From: Escherichia phage HP3
Sequence record: NC_041919.1
Length of the DNA: 64,000 bases
Direction: 5' to 3' (one strand)
This document shows, in pieces, positions 26,786-37,483 of the stretch (position 1 is its first letter; each line of letters begins with the position of its first letter). The translations under genes were made by a program, and so were the position numbers. The notes beneath the pieces were generated by a model, which was not told the origin of the DNA, did not search any database, and saw only the letters and a program-made list of their open reading frames with translations.

Positions 26786-27805
26786 ATGAAAATTTTAAAT
26801 TTAGGTGATTGGCATTTAGGTGTTAAAGCTGATGATGAATGGATTCGCGGTATTCAAATTGATGGAATTAAGCAAGCGATAGAATATTCTAAGAAAAATG
26901 GAATTACTGTATGGATTCAATACGGTGATATTTTTGATGTACGAAAAGCGATCACGCATAAAACTATGGAGTTTGCCCGTGAAATAGTTCAAATGCTTGA
27001 TGACGCTGGAATCACATTACATACTATTGTAGGAAATCACGATCTCCACTACAAAAATGTAATGCATCCAAATGCCTCTACTGAGCTTTTGGCTAAATAT
27101 CCTAATGTTAAAGTATATGATAAGCCTACTACAGTAGATTTTGACGGATGTTTAATTGATTTAATTCCTTGGATGTGTGAAGAAAATACTGGTGAAATTC
27201 TTGAGCACATCAAAACTTCATCTGCTTCTTTTTGTGTTGGTCACTGGGAACTGAATGGATTTTATTTTTATAAAGGAATGAAATCTCATGGTCTTGAACC
27301 TGATTTCCTTAAGACTTATAAAGAAGTGTGGTCTGGTCACTTCCATACTATCTCTGAGGCTGCTAACGTCAGATATATTGGGACACCATGGACACTAACT
27401 GCAGGTGACGAGAATGACCCTCGCGGGTTCTGGATGTTTGATACAGAAACAGAACGAATGGAATTTATTCCAAACAATACTACCTGGCATCGTAGAATTC
27501 ATTATCCATTTAAAGGAAAAATTGACTATAAAGATTTTACAAATCTATCAGTACGTGTTATAGTAACTGAAGTAGACAAAAATCTAACGAAGTTCGAATC
27601 TGAACTAGAAAAAGTTGTGCATTCATTACGAGTTGTGTCAAAGATTGATAACTCTGTCGAGTCAGATGACAGTGAAGAAGTTGAAGTCCAATCGCTTCAG
27701 ACATTAATGGAAGAGTATATTAATGCAATTCCAGACATCACTGATTCTGACCGTGAAGCACTTATTCAATATGCAAATCAGCTATATGTAGAGGCAACAC
27801 AATGA
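26786..27805 (+). CDS. 47: recombination nuclease subunit gp47 (Mre11-like, 339 aa)
   Basis: Phosphoesterase motifs DWHLG, GDIFD, GNHD; 339 aa as T4 gp47. Confidence 0.93.
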   Translation: MKILNLGDWHLGVKADDEWIRGIQIDGIKQAIEYSKKNGITVWIQYGDIFDVRKAITHKTMEFAREIVQMLDDAGITLHTIVGNHDLHYKNVMHPNASTELLAKYPNVKVYDKPTTVDFDGCLIDLIPWMCEENTGEILEHIKTSSASFCVGHWELNGFYFYKGMKSHGLEPDFLKTYKEVWSGHFHTISEAANVRYIGTPWTLTAGDENDPRGFWMFDTETERMEFIPNNTTWHRRIHYPFKGKIDYKDFTNLSVRVIVTEVDKNLTKFESELEKVVHSLRVVSKIDNSVESDDSEEVEVQSLQTLMEEYINAIPDITDSDREALIQYANQLYVEATQ

Positions 27806-28065
27806 CTTTTGATGAATTTAAAAATGTTATGATGAGTCAGCATTTTGAATGCGAAGTAAAAGATGATATTGGGCATAAAGAAATTATTGAATATTGGTTT
27901 GAACCGTTAGAGGTTGAAGATAATTGTATTAAAAAGGTTACAGTCTGCACTGACTGGGCTGTATCTTTTAACTTCAACATTTTAGATAATGACACACCTA
28001 AATCATTACGAGATATGGCCGTATCTTGTATTAAGGATGCATACTGTGAAGTTTTCGACATTTGA
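27802..28065 (+). CDS. hypothetical protein (87 aa)
   Basis: Track ORF with ATGA overlap. Confidence 0.5.
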   Translation: MTFDEFKNVMMSQHFECEVKDDIGHKEIIEYWFEPLEVEDNCIKKVTVCTDWAVSFNFNILDNDTPKSLRDMAVSCIKDAYCEVFDI

Positions 28066-28252
28066 CATTAATGATGAATTCATAGCAAACATTGATTATA
28101 CCGAAGAAGATTCTAGATATGTTGGAATAATTTATATTACATCGAAAACAGCACAAGGCGTTGTTTGCATGGCTGAATTTGATGAATACTTTTTAGATTA
28201 TGATGATATGATAGAATGGTCTAAAAGATACATTAAAAGGAATCTTTTGTGA
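28046..28252 (+). CDS. hypothetical protein (about 68 aa)
   Basis: In-frame GTG 28046 after AAGGATG SD within track ORF 27989-28252. Confidence 0.35.
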   Translation: MKFSTFDINDEFIANIDYTEEDSRYVGIIYITSKTAQGVVCMAEFDEYFLDYDDMIEWSKRYIKRNLL

Positions 28253-29931
28253 AGAATTTTAAACTAAACCGAGTTAGGTATCAAAATATAATGTCAGTAG
28301 GTGGAAATCCTATTGACATTCAACTAGATAAGGTTCAAAAAACTCTTATTACTGGACGAAATGGCGGTGGTAAGTCTACTATGTTAGAAGCCATCACATT
28401 TGGGCTTTTTGGCAAGCCATTTCGTGATGTAAAGAAAGGTCAATTAATAAACAGCACAAATAAGAAAGAACTTTTAGTTGAACTGTGGATGGAATATGAT
28501 GAGAAAAAGTACTATATCAAAAGAGGACAAAAACCAAACGTTTTCGAAATCACCGTTAACGGTACACGTCTTAATGAATCTGCCAGCAGTAAAGATTTCC
28601 AAGCAGAATTTGAACAGCTTATCGGAATGTCATATGCCAGTTTCAAGCAGATTGTTGTCCTTGGTACAGCAGGGTATACCCCTTTCATGGGTTTGTCGAC
28701 CCCTGCGCGAAGAAAGCTTGTGGAAGACCTGCTTGAGGTAGGAACATTAGCTGAAATGGATAAGCTTAATAAAGCACTAATACGTGAATTAAATTCACAA
28801 AACCAAGTGCTTGATGTTAAAAAAGATAGTATTATCCAACAAATTAAAATATATAATGATAACGTTGAACGCCAGAAAAAATTAACGGGTGACAACCTTA
28901 CTCGTCTACAAAATATGTATGATGATTTGGCAAAAGAAGCTAGAACGCTAAAATCGGAAATAGAAGAAGCTAATGAAAGATTAGTTAATATTGTTTTAGA
29001 TGAAGACCCGACTGATGCATTTAATAAAATCGGTCAAGAAGCAGTTTTAATTAAATCAAAAATTGACTCGTATAATAAAGTCATTAATATGTATCACGAA
29101 GGTGGATTATGTCCAACCTGTTTGTCACAATTAAGTTCCGGTGATAAAGTTGTTTCTAAAATTAAAGATAAAGTTTCTGAATGTACGCATTCGTTTGAAC
29201 AGCTTTCAACGCACCGTGATAATTTAAAAGTTCTTGTTGATGAATACCGAGATAATATTAAAACCCAGCAGTCGTTGGCAAATGATATTCGCAATAAAAA
29301 GCAATCTCTAATCACGACAGTAGATAAAGCTAAAAAAGTTAAAGCAGCTATAGAAAAAGCATCATCCGAGTTTATTGACCATGCTGATGAAATAGCACTG
29401 CTTCAAGAAGAACTTGATAAAATTGTTAAGACAAAAACTAATTTAGTAATGGAAAAATACCACCGAGGAATTTTGACTGATATGCTCAAAGATTCTGGTA
29501 TTAAAGGTGCTATTATTAAAAAGTACATTCCATTATTTAATAAGCAGATTAACCATTATCTTAAAATAATGGAAGCGGATTATGTGTTTACATTAGATGA
29601 AGAATTTAATGAGACAATTAAATCCCGTGGTCGTGAAGATTTTAGTTATGCTTCATTTAGTGAAGGTGAAAAGGCACGAATTGATATTGCTCTTTTATTT
29701 ACTTGGCGTGATATTGCTTCTATCGTATCTGGTGTTAGTATTAGTACATTAATTCTTGATGAAGTGTTTGATGGGTCATTTGATGCCGAAGGTATTAAAG
29801 GTGTAGCTAATATTATAAATTCAATGAAAAACACTAATGTTTTTATAATTTCGCATAAAGACCATGACCCGCAAGAATATGGTCAGCATCTTCAAATGAA
29901 GAAAGTTGGTCGATTTACTGTAATGGTTTAA
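28249..29931 (+). CDS. 46: recombination ATPase gp46 (Rad50/SbcC-like, 560 aa)
   Basis: Walker A GRNGGGKST, central coiled coil with CPTC zinc hook, Walker B LILDEVFD; GTG start. Confidence 0.93.
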   Translation: MKNFKLNRVRYQNIMSVGGNPIDIQLDKVQKTLITGRNGGGKSTMLEAITFGLFGKPFRDVKKGQLINSTNKKELLVELWMEYDEKKYYIKRGQKPNVFEITVNGTRLNESASSKDFQAEFEQLIGMSYASFKQIVVLGTAGYTPFMGLSTPARRKLVEDLLEVGTLAEMDKLNKALIRELNSQNQVLDVKKDSIIQQIKIYNDNVERQKKLTGDNLTRLQNMYDDLAKEARTLKSEIEEANERLVNIVLDEDPTDAFNKIGQEAVLIKSKIDSYNKVINMYHEGGLCPTCLSQLSSGDKVVSKIKDKVSECTHSFEQLSTHRDNLKVLVDEYRDNIKTQQSLANDIRNKKQSLITTVDKAKKVKAAIEKASSEFIDHADEIALLQEELDKIVKTKTNLVMEKYHRGILTDMLKDSGIKGAIIKKYIPLFNKQINHYLKIMEADYVFTLDEEFNETIKSRGREDFSYASFSEGEKARIDIALLFTWRDIASIVSGVSISTLILDEVFDGSFDAEGIKGVANIINSMKNTNVFIISHKDHDPQEYGQHLQMKKVGRFTVMV

Positions 29932-29986
29932 TTTATAAGAGATTATGCTTTAATTTATTAGAGTATAATCTCTATGGAGGAAAAAC

Positions 29987-30175
29987 ATGGAATATTCAAC
30001 TGGACAGCATTTATTAACTTTTCCTGAAATAAAACGATATATTCTGAGAAATAATTTTTCTAATGAAGAGCATATAGTTACTGAATCTATGCTTAGGAAT
30101 GCATTTAAAGCAGAATATACAAAAATAATGTCCAATAGAAATGAAGCTTGGACTGTTACTGATTATTATGACTAA
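29987..30175 (+). CDS. hypothetical protein (62 aa)
   Basis: Track ORF with GGAGG SD. Confidence 0.5.
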   Translation: MEYSTGQHLLTFPEIKRYILRNNFSNEEHIVTESMLRNAFKAEYTKIMSNRNEAWTVTDYYD

Positions 30176-30184
30176 AGGTGTATT

Positions 30185-30574
30185 ATGACTAAAATTACTG
30201 TGAATTATACTGTTGATGTAAAAGATATTCAGCCAAAACACGTGCGTTCTGAATCAAATCCACAAAACCAAAATAAAATTCGTCGAGCATGGGTTTTGTC
30301 TCTTTCTGATAACGCAATGGAAGTTATTCAGAACAAAATTAAATCTGCACCTGCTCGTCATGCGTATTATGAAGCTATCGATCGTGAAGTAAGTAATAAA
30401 TGGATTGAACTAATGCGCAAACATACTACAGAATCCCTAAACGCCGGTGCTAAATTTATTATGACTTCATGTGGTGAACGCCTTGAAGATGATTATTGTG
30501 GTAATGCAGATGAACGTCTGATTGTTGCTGCACAAATTGTTGCCGAAACAATCGCAACTGATTTTAATCGTTAA
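30185..30574 (+). CDS. rpbA: RNA polymerase-binding protein RpbA-like (129 aa)
   Basis: 129 aa, between 46 and 45 as T4 rpbA. Confidence 0.7.
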   Translation: MTKITVNYTVDVKDIQPKHVRSESNPQNQNKIRRAWVLSLSDNAMEVIQNKIKSAPARHAYYEAIDREVSNKWIELMRKHTTESLNAGAKFIMTSCGERLEDDYCGNADERLIVAAQIVAETIATDFNR

Positions 30575-30629
30575 TTGCTTTATTAAATTAGTTATAAAAT
30601 TAAATCTCATTTGAATTGAAGGAAATTAC

Positions 30630-31316
30630 ATGAAACTGTCTAAAGATACACTGAATATTTTGAAAAATTTCGCTACTATTAACTCTGGCATTATGCTTAA
30701 ATCCGGTCAATTTATTATGACTCGCGCAGTTAATGGTACAACTTACGCGGAAGCAAATATTTCTGACGTTATTGATTTTGATGTAGCAATTTACGATTTG
30801 AACGGTTTTCTCGGTATTCTGTCGCTAGTTAATGATGATGCAGAAATTTCCCAGTCAGAAGATGGAAATATTAAAATTGCTGATGCTCGTTCAACAATTT
30901 TTTGGCCAGCAGCCGATCCGAGTACAGTAGTTGCTCCTAATAAACCAATTCCATTTCCGGTAGCATCTGTTGTTACTGAAATTAAAGCTGAAGACCTTCA
31001 ACAACTGTTGCGTGTATCTCGTGGTCTGCAAATTGATACAATTGCTATCACGGTAAAAGAAGGTAAAATCGTAATTAACGGTTTTAATAAAGTAGAAGAT
31101 TCTGCTCTGACCCGTGTTAAATATTCTTTGACTCTTGGTGATTATGATGGTGAAAATACATTTAATTTCATTATCAATATGGCAAATATGAAAATGCAAC
31201 CAGGAAATTATAAACTTCTGCTCTGGGCAAAAGGTAAACAAGGTGCTGCTAAATTTGAAGGTGAACACGCGAATTATGTGGTAGCTCTTGAAGCTGATTC
31301 TACCCACGATTTTTAA
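30630..31316 (+). CDS. 45: sliding clamp gp45 (228 aa)
   Basis: 228 aa; N-terminus MKLSKDTLNILKNFATINSGIMLK as T4 gp45. Confidence 0.95.
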   Translation: MKLSKDTLNILKNFATINSGIMLKSGQFIMTRAVNGTTYAEANISDVIDFDVAIYDLNGFLGILSLVNDDAEISQSEDGNIKIADARSTIFWPAADPSTVVAPNKPIPFPVASVVTEIKAEDLQQLLRVSRGLQIDTIAITVKEGKIVINGFNKVEDSALTRVKYSLTLGDYDGENTFNFIINMANMKMQPGNYKLLLWAKGKQGAAKFEGEHANYVVALEADSTHDF

Positions 31317-31317
31317 T

Positions 31318-31335
31318 AAAGGGCTTCGGCCCTTT
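31318..31335 (+). terminator. terminator hairpin
   Basis: AAAGGGC-TTCG-GCCCTTT. Confidence 0.6.
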
Positions 31336-31367
31336 ATAATTTACACTAAAACTTGAATGAGGAAATT

Positions 31368-32327
31368 ATGATTACCGTAAATGAAAAAGAACACATTCTT
31401 GAACAGAAATATCGTCCATCTACTATCGATGAATGTATTCTTCCCGCCTTTGATAAAGAAACCTTTAAATCTATTACAAGTAAAGGTAAGATTCCACATA
31501 TTATTCTTCATTCTCCTTCTCCAGGAACAGGTAAAACAACTGTAGCAAAAGCATTGTGTCATGATGTAAATGCTGATATGATGTTTGTGAATGGATCAGA
31601 TTGTAAAATTGATTTCGTTCGCGGTCCTTTGACTAATTTTGCCAGCGCCGCTTCATTTGATGGTCGTCAAAAAGTAATCGTTATTGATGAATTTGACCGC
31701 TCAGGATTAGCAGAGTCTCAGCGACATCTTCGTTCCTTTATGGAAGCTTATAGTTCAAACTGTAGTATTATTATTACTGCTAACAATATTGATGGTATTA
31801 TTAAACCACTTCAGTCACGCTGCCGAGTTATTACGTTCGGTCAACCGACCGATGAAGATAAAATTGAAATGATGAAGCAGATGATTCGTCGATTGACTGA
31901 AATCTGTAAGCATGAAGGAATTGCTATAGCTGATATGAAAGTTGTAGCAGCTTTGGTTAAAAAGAATTTTCCTGATTTTCGTAAAACTATTGGCGAGCTC
32001 GATAGTTATTCATCTAAAGGTGTTTTGGATGCTGGTATTTTATCACTGGTTACTAACGATCGTGGTGCTATTGATGATGTTCTTGAGTCTCTCAAAAATA
32101 AAGATGTTAAACAACTCAGAGCTTTAGCACCAAAATATGCAGCTGATTATTCGTGGTTCGTAGGTAAACTTGCCGAAGAAATCTATTCACGTGTAACTCC
32201 GCAGAGTATTATTCGTATGTACGAAATTGTCGGCGAAAATAATCAGTATCATGGTATTGCAGCTAATACTGAATTGCATTTAGCTTATCTTTTCATTCAG
32301 TTAGCATGTGAAATGCAGTGGAAGTGA
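31368..32327 (+). CDS. 44: clamp loader large subunit gp44 (319 aa)
   Basis: Starts [17 protein letters not shown]; Walker [11 protein letters not shown]; ATG 31368 inside track ORF. Confidence 0.95.
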
Positions 32328-32328
32328 T

Positions 32329-32892
32329 ATGAGCTTATTTGAAGATGATATTCAATTAAACGAGCATCAAGTTGCTTGGTATTCAAAAGATTGGACAGCT
32401 GTCCAATCCGCTGCTGATTCTTTTAAAGAAAAAGCTGAAAATGAGTTTTTTGAAATAATTGGAGCTATTAATAATAAAACTAAATGCTCTATTGCTCAAA
32501 AAGATTATTCAAAATACATGGTTGAGAATGCATTATCACAATTTCCAGAGTGCATGCCAGCTGTATATGCTATGAATTTAATCGGTTCTGGATTAAGTGA
32601 TGAAGCTCATTTTAATTATCTGATGGCTGCTGTTCCTCGGGGTAAAAGATATGGTAAATGGGCAAAACTGGTTGAAGATTCCACCGAAGTATTGATTATT
32701 AAGTTACTTGCTAAGCGGTATCAAGTTAATACAAATGATGCAATTAACTATAAATCAATTCTTACTAAAAATGGAAAACTATCTTTAGTATTAAAAGAAC
32801 TAAAAGGTTTAGTCACGGATGATTTTTTGAAAGAAGTGACTAAGAACGTAAAAGAACAGAAACAACTCAAAAAACTAGCATTGGAATGGTAA
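32329..32892 (+). CDS. 62: clamp loader small subunit gp62 (187 aa)
   Basis: Starts [14 protein letters not shown]; 187 aa; overlaps gp44 stop. Confidence 0.93.
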   Translation: MSLFEDDIQLNEHQVAWYSKDWTAVQSAADSFKEKAENEFFEIIGAINNKTKCSIAQKDYSKYMVENALSQFPECMPAVYAMNLIGSGLSDEAHFNYLMAAVPRGKRYGKWAKLVEDSTEVLIIKLLAKRYQVNTNDAINYKSILTKNGKLSLVLKELKGLVTDDFLKEVTKNVKEQKQLKKLALEW

Positions 32893-32893
32893 A

Positions 32894-33262
32894 ATGATTG
32901 AAATTACTCTTAAAAAACCTGAAGATTTTCTGAAAGTAAAAGAAACTTTGACTCGTATGGGAATTGCTAATAATAAAGATAAAGTTCTGTATCAGTCCTG
33001 TCATATTCTTCAGAAAAAAGGACTATACTATATCGTTCATTTTAAAGAAATGCTTCGTATGGATGGTCGCCAAGTTGAAATGACAGAAGAAGATGAAGTT
33101 CGTCGTGATTCGATTGCATGGCTGTTAGAAGATTGGGGACTGATTGAAATCGTTCCTGGTCAAAGAACTTTTATGAAAGATTTAACTAATAATTTCCGAG
33201 TTATTTCTTTTAAACAAAAACATGAATGGAAACTCGTTCCTAAATATACGATTGGTAATTAA
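32894..33262 (+). CDS. regA: translational repressor RegA (122 aa)
   Basis: 122 aa; position between 62 and 43. Confidence 0.9.
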   Translation: MIEITLKKPEDFLKVKETLTRMGIANNKDKVLYQSCHILQKKGLYYIVHFKEMLRMDGRQVEMTEEDEVRRDSIAWLLEDWGLIEIVPGQRTFMKDLTNNFRVISFKQKHEWKLVPKYTIGN

Positions 33263-33263
33263 T

Positions 33264-33485
33264 ATGACTGCTATAACTCCGCAAGAATACATGGCGTCTC
33301 TTAAAGAAAAATATAATCTTTCTGCAACAGAAACACTTTTCGATTTACCAGAAAACCTTCAACTAAAATTTCAGGTAGAATTTCAAAAATTAATTCACCC
33401 AGAACAAAAACACTTTACTGCAGTCGTTAAGTCAATTAATGCAGATGGAATGACAATTTTTCACCGACAAATAGTACTAATTTAA
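33264..33485 (+). CDS. hypothetical protein (73 aa)
   Basis: ATG 33264 inside track ORF 33222-33485. Confidence 0.5.
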   Translation: MTAITPQEYMASLKEKYNLSATETLFDLPENLQLKFQVEFQKLIHPEQKHFTAVVKSINADGMTIFHRQIVLI

Positions 33486-33487
33486 GC

Positions 33488-33509
33488 AAGGGGCTTCGGC
33501 CCCTTATTT
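33488..33509 (+). terminator. rho-independent terminator
   Basis: AAGGGGC-TTCG-GCCCCTT + ATTT. Confidence 0.7.
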
Positions 33510-33526
33510 GGAGTATAATATATCAA

Positions 33527-33563
33527 GAGCCTAATAACTCGGGCTATAAACTAAGGAATATCT
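33527..33563 (+). promoter_or_regulatory. gene 43 translational operator-like hairpin adjacent to SD
   Basis: GAGCC-UAAUAACUC-GGGCU hairpin immediately 5' of AAGGAA SD and ATG 33564; T4 gp43 is known to autoregulate via such an operator. Confidence 0.5.
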
Positions 33564-36260
33564 ATGAAAGAATTTTATATCTCTATTGAAACAGTCGGAA
33601 ATAACATTGTTGAACGTTATATTGATGAAAACGGAAAGGAACGTACTCGTGAAGTAGAATATCTTCCGACTATGTTTAGGCATTGTAAGGAAGAGTCAAA
33701 ATACAAAGACATCTATGGTAAAAACTGCGCTCCTCAAAAATTTCCATCAATGAAAGATGCTCGAGATTGGATGAAACGAATGGAAGACATCGGTCTCGAA
33801 GCTCTCGGTATGAACGATTTTAAACTCGCTTATATCAGTGATACATATGGTTCAGAAATTGTTTATGACCGAAAATTTGTTCGTGTAGCTAACTGTGACA
33901 TTGAGGTTACTGGTGATAAATTTCCTGACCCAATGAAAGCAGAATATGAAATTGATGCTATTACTCATTATGATTCAATTGATGATCGTTTTTATGTTTT
34001 CGACCTTTTGAATTCAATGTACGGTTCAGTATCAAAATGGGATGCAAAGTTAGCTGCTAAGCTTGACTGTGAAGGTGGTGATGAAGTTCCTCAAGAAATT
34101 CTTGACCGAGTAATTTATATGCCATTCGATAATGAGCGTGATATGCTCATGGAATATATCAATCTCTGGGAACAGAAACGACCTGCTATTTTTACTGGTT
34201 GGAATATTGAGGGATTTGACGTTCCGTATATCATGAATCGTGTTAAAATGGTTCTCGGTGAACGTAGTATGAAACGCTTCTCTCCAATCGGTCGAGTAAA
34301 ATCTAAACTAATTCAAAATATGTACGGTAGCAAAGAAATTTATTCTATTGATGGCGTATCTATTCTTGATTATTTAGATTTGTACAAGAAATTCGCTTTT
34401 ACTAATTTGCCGTCATTCTCTTTGGAATCAGTTGCTCAACATGAAACCAAAAAAGGTAAATTACCGTATGATGGTCCTATTAATAAACTTCGTGAGACTA
34501 ATCATCAACGATACATTAGTTATAACATCATTGACGTAGAATCAGTTCAAGCAATTGATAAAATTCGCGGGTTTATCGATCTAGTTTTAAGTATGTCTTA
34601 TTATGCTAAAATGCCTTTTTCTGGTGTAATGAGTCCTATTAAAACTTGGGATGCTATTATTTTTAACTCATTGAAAGGTGAACATAAGGTTATTCCTCAA
34701 CAAGGTTCGCATGTTAAACAGAGTTTTCCGGGTGCATTTGTGTTTGAACCTAAACCAATTGCTCGTCGATATATTATGAGTTTTGACTTGACGTCTCTGT
34801 ATCCGAGCATTATTCGTCAGGTTAACATTAGTCCTGAGACTATTCGTGGACAATTTAAAGTTCATCCAATTCATGAATATATCGCAGGAACAGCTCCTAA
34901 GCCAAGTGAAGAATATTCTTGTTCTCCGAATGGATGGATGTATGATAAGCATCAAGAAGGTATCATTCCAAAGGAAATCGCTAAAGTATTTTTCCAGCGT
35001 AAAGACTGGAAAAAGAAAATGTTCGCTGAAGAAATGAATGCCGAAGCTATTAAAAAGATTATTATGAAAGGCGCAGGGTCTTGTTCAACTAAACCAGAAG
35101 TTGAACGATATGTTAAGTTCAGTGATGATTTCTTAAATGAACTGTCGAATTATACTGAATCTGTTCTCAATAGTTTGATTGAAGAATGTGAAAAAGCTGC
35201 TACACTTGCTAACACAAATCAGCTGAACCGTAAAATTCTCATTAACAGTCTTTATGGTGCTCTTGGTAATATTCATTTCCGTTACTATGATTTGCGAAAT
35301 GCTACTGCTATCACAATTTTTGGCCAAGTTGGTATTCAGTGGATTGCTCGTAAAATTAATGAATATCTGAATAAAGTATGCGGAACTAATGGCGAAGATT
35401 TCATTGCAGCAGGTGATACTGATTCGGTATATGTTTGTGTAGATAAAGTTATTGAAAAAGTTGGTCTTGACCGATTCAAAGAGCAGAACGATTTGGTTGA
35501 ATTTATGAATCAGTTCGGTAAGAAAAAGATGGAACCTATGATTGATGTTGCATATCGTGAGTTATGTGATTATATGAATAACCGCGAGCATCTGATGCAT
35601 ATGGACCGTGAAGCTATTTCTTGCCCTCCACTTGGTTCAAAGGGTATTGGTGGATTTTGGAAAGCGAAAAAGCGTTATGCTCTGAACGTTTATGATATGG
35701 AAGATAAACGATTTGCTGAACCGCATCTAAAAATCATGGGTATGGAAACTCAGCAGAGTTCAACACCAAAAGCAGTACAAGAAGCTCTCGAAGAAAGTAT
35801 TCGTCGTATTCTTCAGGAAGGTGAAGAGTCTGTCCAAGAATATTACAAGAACTTCGAGAAAGAATATCGTCAACTCGACTATAAAGTTATTGCTGAAGTA
35901 AAAACTGCGAACGATATAGCGAAATATGATGATAAAGGTTGGCCAGGATTTAAATGTCCGTTCCATATTCGTGGTGTGCTAACTTATCGTCGAGCTGTTA
36001 GCGGTTTAGGTGTAGCTCCAATTTTGGATGGAAATAAAGTAATGGTTCTTCCATTGCGTGAAGGAAATCCATTTGGTGACAAATGCATTGCTTGGCCGTC
36101 GGGTACAGAACTTCCAAAAGAAATTCGTTCTGACGTACTGTCTTGGATTGACTACTCAACTTTGTTCCAAAAATCGTTTGTTAAACCGCTTGCGGGCATG
36201 TGTGAATCGGCTGGTATGGACTATGAAGAAAAAGCTTCGTTAGACTTCCTGTTTGGCTGA
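33564..36260 (+). CDS. 43: DNA polymerase gp43 (898 aa)
   Basis: 898 aa; exo motifs and family-B polymerase motifs DxxSLYPS, YGDTDS. Confidence 0.97.
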   Translation: MKEFYISIETVGNNIVERYIDENGKERTREVEYLPTMFRHCKEESKYKDIYGKNCAPQKFPSMKDARDWMKRMEDIGLEALGMNDFKLAYISDTYGSEIVYDRKFVRVANCDIEVTGDKFPDPMKAEYEIDAITHYDSIDDRFYVFDLLNSMYGSVSKWDAKLAAKLDCEGGDEVPQEILDRVIYMPFDNERDMLMEYINLWEQKRPAIFTGWNIEGFDVPYIMNRVKMVLGERSMKRFSPIGRVKSKLIQNMYGSKEIYSIDGVSILDYLDLYKKFAFTNLPSFSLESVAQHETKKGKLPYDGPINKLRETNHQRYISYNIIDVESVQAIDKIRGFIDLVLSMSYYAKMPFSGVMSPIKTWDAIIFNSLKGEHKVIPQQGSHVKQSFPGAFVFEPKPIARRYIMSFDLTSLYPSIIRQVNISPETIRGQFKVHPIHEYIAGTAPKPSEEYSCSPNGWMYDKHQEGIIPKEIAKVFFQRKDWKKKMFAEEMNAEAIKKIIMKGAGSCSTKPEVERYVKFSDDFLNELSNYTESVLNSLIEECEKAATLANTNQLNRKILINSLYGALGNIHFRYYDLRNATAITIFGQVGIQWIARKINEYLNKVCGTNGEDFIAAGDTDSVYVCVDKVIEKVGLDRFKEQNDLVEFMNQFGKKKMEPMIDVAYRELCDYMNNREHLMHMDREAISCPPLGSKGIGGFWKAKKRYALNVYDMEDKRFAEPHLKIMGMETQQSSTPKAVQEALEESIRRILQEGEESVQEYYKNFEKEYRQLDYKVIAEVKTANDIAKYDDKGWPGFKCPFHIRGVLTYRRAVSGLGVAPILDGNKVMVLPLREGNPFGDKCIAWPSGTELPKEIRSDVLSWIDYSTLFQKSFVKPLAGMCESAGMDYEEKASLDFLFG

Positions 36261-36272
36261 TAGAATAAATCT

Positions 36273-36294
36273 AGGGACCTCCGGGTCCCTTTTT
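36273..36294 (+). terminator. rho-independent terminator
   Basis: AGGGACC-TCCG-GGTCCCT + TTTT. Confidence 0.8.
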
Positions 36295-36376
36295 CATACA
36301 AGTAATATAAATCTATACTTATGAAAAACAGATGATTCTGGACATTTAGAATTCCCTAAAAAATTTTCACAAAACT

Positions 36377-36406
36377 GTTTACATCTCTGTTCTTCCATGG
36401 TACTAT
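36377..36406 (+). promoter_or_regulatory. T4-type early promoter with conserved leader (copy of 9308-9374)
   Basis: GTTTAC 36377-36382, TACTAT 36401-36406. Confidence 0.6.
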
Positions 36407-36443
36407 ACAACTATCAACTACTGATACGGATTTGGAGAATAAA

Positions 36444-36680
36444 ATGAAAATTGTTATGGGTTGCTTAGCAGTTTGTTTAGTTGCATTAGCAGCAGTTCCA
36501 TTTGTTAGTGTTGAAAATGATACTCAACCTGTGATTGAATCTAGCACTGTTATTCACACTAATGGTAAAATATCAGTTAAAATTGATGATAATCTTCATG
36601 TGAATACAAATGGATCTTTAGGTGTGCAAATGGGTAATACCTGCATAAGCACTACTGGAGTAATTACTACTTGTATTTGA
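36444..36680 (+). CDS. secreted small protein (78 aa)
   Basis: ATG 36444 after GGAG SD; signal-peptide-like MKIVMGCLAVCLVALAAVPFVSV. Confidence 0.5.
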   Translation: MKIVMGCLAVCLVALAAVPFVSVENDTQPVIESSTVIHTNGKISVKIDDNLHVNTNGSLGVQMGNTCISTTGVITTCI

Positions 36681-36690
36681 GGAAATTATT

Positions 36691-37071
36691 ATGAAAATCG
36701 CTATTTTGGTTATTGCATTAGGTCTTACTGGTTGTGTAGCTCAAGGACCGGTAGTAAATCAGTCTGATGTAGGAAAAATTGTAAACTGTTCAAGCAAATT
36801 TTATAATCCTAATGTCAAGTGTTATAAAGAAGCTCCAAAACAGACAGTAGAACAAATGCAGGCGAATTTTGACGAGGCTATTCGTCCAGATGAATCTGCT
36901 CAAGCATATCGTAATTCGGATGTAATTACACGCGAAGAAAAAATTGAAAACTACTGCGCCGAGCTTTGGGCTAATTGGGCCAATAATTACCAATGGCGTA
37001 CTGGTAAAAATGCTCCGATGGAGTATGTAGTGAATTCTTATAATTCATGTGTAAAAAATTTGACTAAGTGA
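36691..37071 (+). CDS. lipoprotein (126 aa)
   Basis: Lipobox LTGC after hydrophobic leader. Confidence 0.6.
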   Translation: MKIAILVIALGLTGCVAQGPVVNQSDVGKIVNCSSKFYNPNVKCYKEAPKQTVEQMQANFDEAIRPDESAQAYRNSDVITREEKIENYCAELWANWANNYQWRTGKNAPMEYVVNSYNSCVKNLTK

Positions 37072-37078
37072 GGAAAAT

Positions 37079-37330
37079 ATGGAAACTTTAGTAACAGGTT
37101 CAATTTTTATGGTTTTAGTTTCAGGTGTGTTGGCTATTATTATATACATGCTTCCATGGTTTATCGCCTTGATGCGTGGGTCAAAATCGACAGTAGGAAT
37201 CTTTTTCACATCTTTACTGTTTAACTGGTCAATTATTGGTTGGTTTATTACATTTATTTGGTCAATTGCGGGTGAAACTAAAAAGTCTGCACAGCCAAAT
37301 CAAGTAATTATCATCAGAGAGAAGGAATGA
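37079..37330 (+). CDS. imm: superinfection immunity membrane protein Imm (83 aa)
   Basis: 83 aa, two TM segments; position upstream of gene 42. Confidence 0.8.
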   Translation: METLVTGSIFMVLVSGVLAIIIYMLPWFIALMRGSKSTVGIFFTSLLFNWSIIGWFITFIWSIAGETKKSAQPNQVIIIREKE

Positions 37331-37476
37331 AAAGCAAAATTATAGCAGTGTTGCTTTTAATCTTGATGATTATAATAAGTATATACTATAGTGTAACGGT
37401 TCCTCTTATGATTCCAACTATTATTTTAGGTTGGAGTTTATTACTGTTACAAGTTAAATATGAATGTATCAATTGA
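37327..37476 (+). CDS. small membrane peptide (49 aa)
   Basis: ATGA overlap with imm; hydrophobic; read from sequence, below track cut-off. Confidence 0.35.
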   Translation: MKSKIIAVLLLILMIIISIYYSVTVPLMIPTIILGWSLLLLQVKYECIN

Positions 37477-37483
37477 GGTTTAA

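Noticed and set aside
26649-26789. 46-codon hydrophobic ORF upstream of gene 47
   Set aside because: Its ATG lies inside the -10 hexamer of the predicted gene 47 promoter, so it would not be in the transcript from that promoter; no SD.
28478-28741. Alternative-frame + strand ORFs inside large genes (e.g. 28478-28741 in gene 46, 13819-14010, 34846-35037 and 36058-36243 in gene 43, 48121-48330)
   Set aside because: Embedded in another frame of confidently identified genes; no independent start signals.
36306-36313. TATAAATC late-promoter-like octamer after gene 43
   Set aside because: One mismatch to the late consensus and no late gene downstream; the following genes have a clear early promoter.
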